Source: Octopus vulgaris (Eukaryota). Taken from it: DNA of 64,000 nt. Below, piece by piece: positions 63,149-64,000 of this stretch (position 1 is the stretch's first letter; the number at the start of each line of letters is the position of its first letter). Location of the stretch: assembly GCA_951406725.2 (NCBI GenBank), contig OX597814.1:182466001-182530000 (forward strand), read 5' to 3'. The position numbers were made by a program, and so were the translations under genes. The notes under the pieces are model-generated. The model worked only from the letters and a program-made list of their open reading frames with translations, had not been told where the DNA came from and made no database searches.

Positions 63149-63383
63149 TGAAGGTGGCGAGCTGGTAGAAACGTTAGCATGCCGGGCGAAATGCTTAGCG
63201 GTATTTCGTCTGTTGTTACGTTCTGAGTTCAAATTCTGCTGAGGTCGACTTTGCCTTTCATCCTTTCGGGGTCGATAAATAAAGTACCAGTTTCGCACTG
63301 GGGTTGATGTAATCGACTTAATCCCTCTGTCTGTCCTTGTTTGTCCCCTCTATGTTTAGCCCCTTGTGGGTAGTAAAGAAATA
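63149..63383 (+). mobile_element. SINE family C inserted into the RTE RT fragment
   Basis: 16-bp TSD tatggtgctgctacac at 63133-63148 and 63384-63399. Confidence 0.9.
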
Positions 63384-64000
63384 TATGGTGCTGCTACACC
63401 AGTCACTGGGTTATGTCTATAACTATGTGTATCTTTCTGTCTCCTTGTCTTGACATAGTATGGTCGATGTAAATGAGTATTATTTGTCATATAAACTGTC
63501 GTTCATTTCTAGTATTCTGTGAAAATGACTGATCATGAGGAGATACTACTTTGCTTGGAAATAGGTAAGGGTCAATGACAGGAAGGGCATTCAGATATTG
63601 AAAATTTCAACAAACTGACCAACTCATGCAATGATGGAAAAGTGGATGTTAATACAACGATTACATATACATAACTACATATACACACATGCTTCCATAG
63701 TATTTCTGTCTACCAAACTTCATTCAACCTTTTAGCGTTTAAACCAGCCCAAATATTCTAGCAGTTTTATATTCAAACTGGCCACTCACACCTACCCTAC
63801 AATATAATTCTAAAAAAATATACTATTACACCATCGAAATCCCCAAACTATGAGATAATGTATGATTAATTCAAAACAATGTAAATACATAAGCATTGCA
63901 TTTGGCAGAGTAATCTGAAGGCCAAAGGGTTAAGACCATAGTAGAAGACTTTTACTCAAAGTACCACACAGTAAAACTGAATCAAGAACCATTTGGTTAA

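Overview
AT-rich, intron-rich, repeat-dense animal genomic DNA. The SINE, RTE and Penelope repertoire looks like an octopus/coleoid cephalopod, which is an inference from repeat style. Three spliced protein-coding genes can be assembled by hand with consistent GT-AG sites and phases. (1) MRPS24 on the minus strand: 3 coding exons, 175 aa. (2) SAR1 GTPase on the plus strand: 6 coding exons, 193 aa, head-to-head with MRPS24 across a ~0.2 kb bidirectional promoter. (3) An uncharacterised plus-strand gene: 3 coding exons, ~263 aa, resembling herpesvirus-tegument-like deubiquitinases (VTD / peptidase C76 fold) but with the oxyanion Gln, catalytic Cys and catalytic His all replaced, i.e. a candidate domesticated pseudo-DUB. 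The rest is mobile DNA: several tRNA-derived SINE families, RTE and CR1 LINE fragments, a decayed mariner, Merlin-like, piggyBac-like and Tc1 MITEs, a non-autonomous Helitron and Penelope-like elements. At least four distinct type I hammerhead-ribozyme motifs can be read directly. They are a U3-A8 compensatory core variant in a young Penelope inverted repeat, two motifs with unusually long stem II, and a decayed motif at the end of a tRNA-headed SINE. Most ORFs in the supplied track are spurious repeat or microsatellite ORFs.
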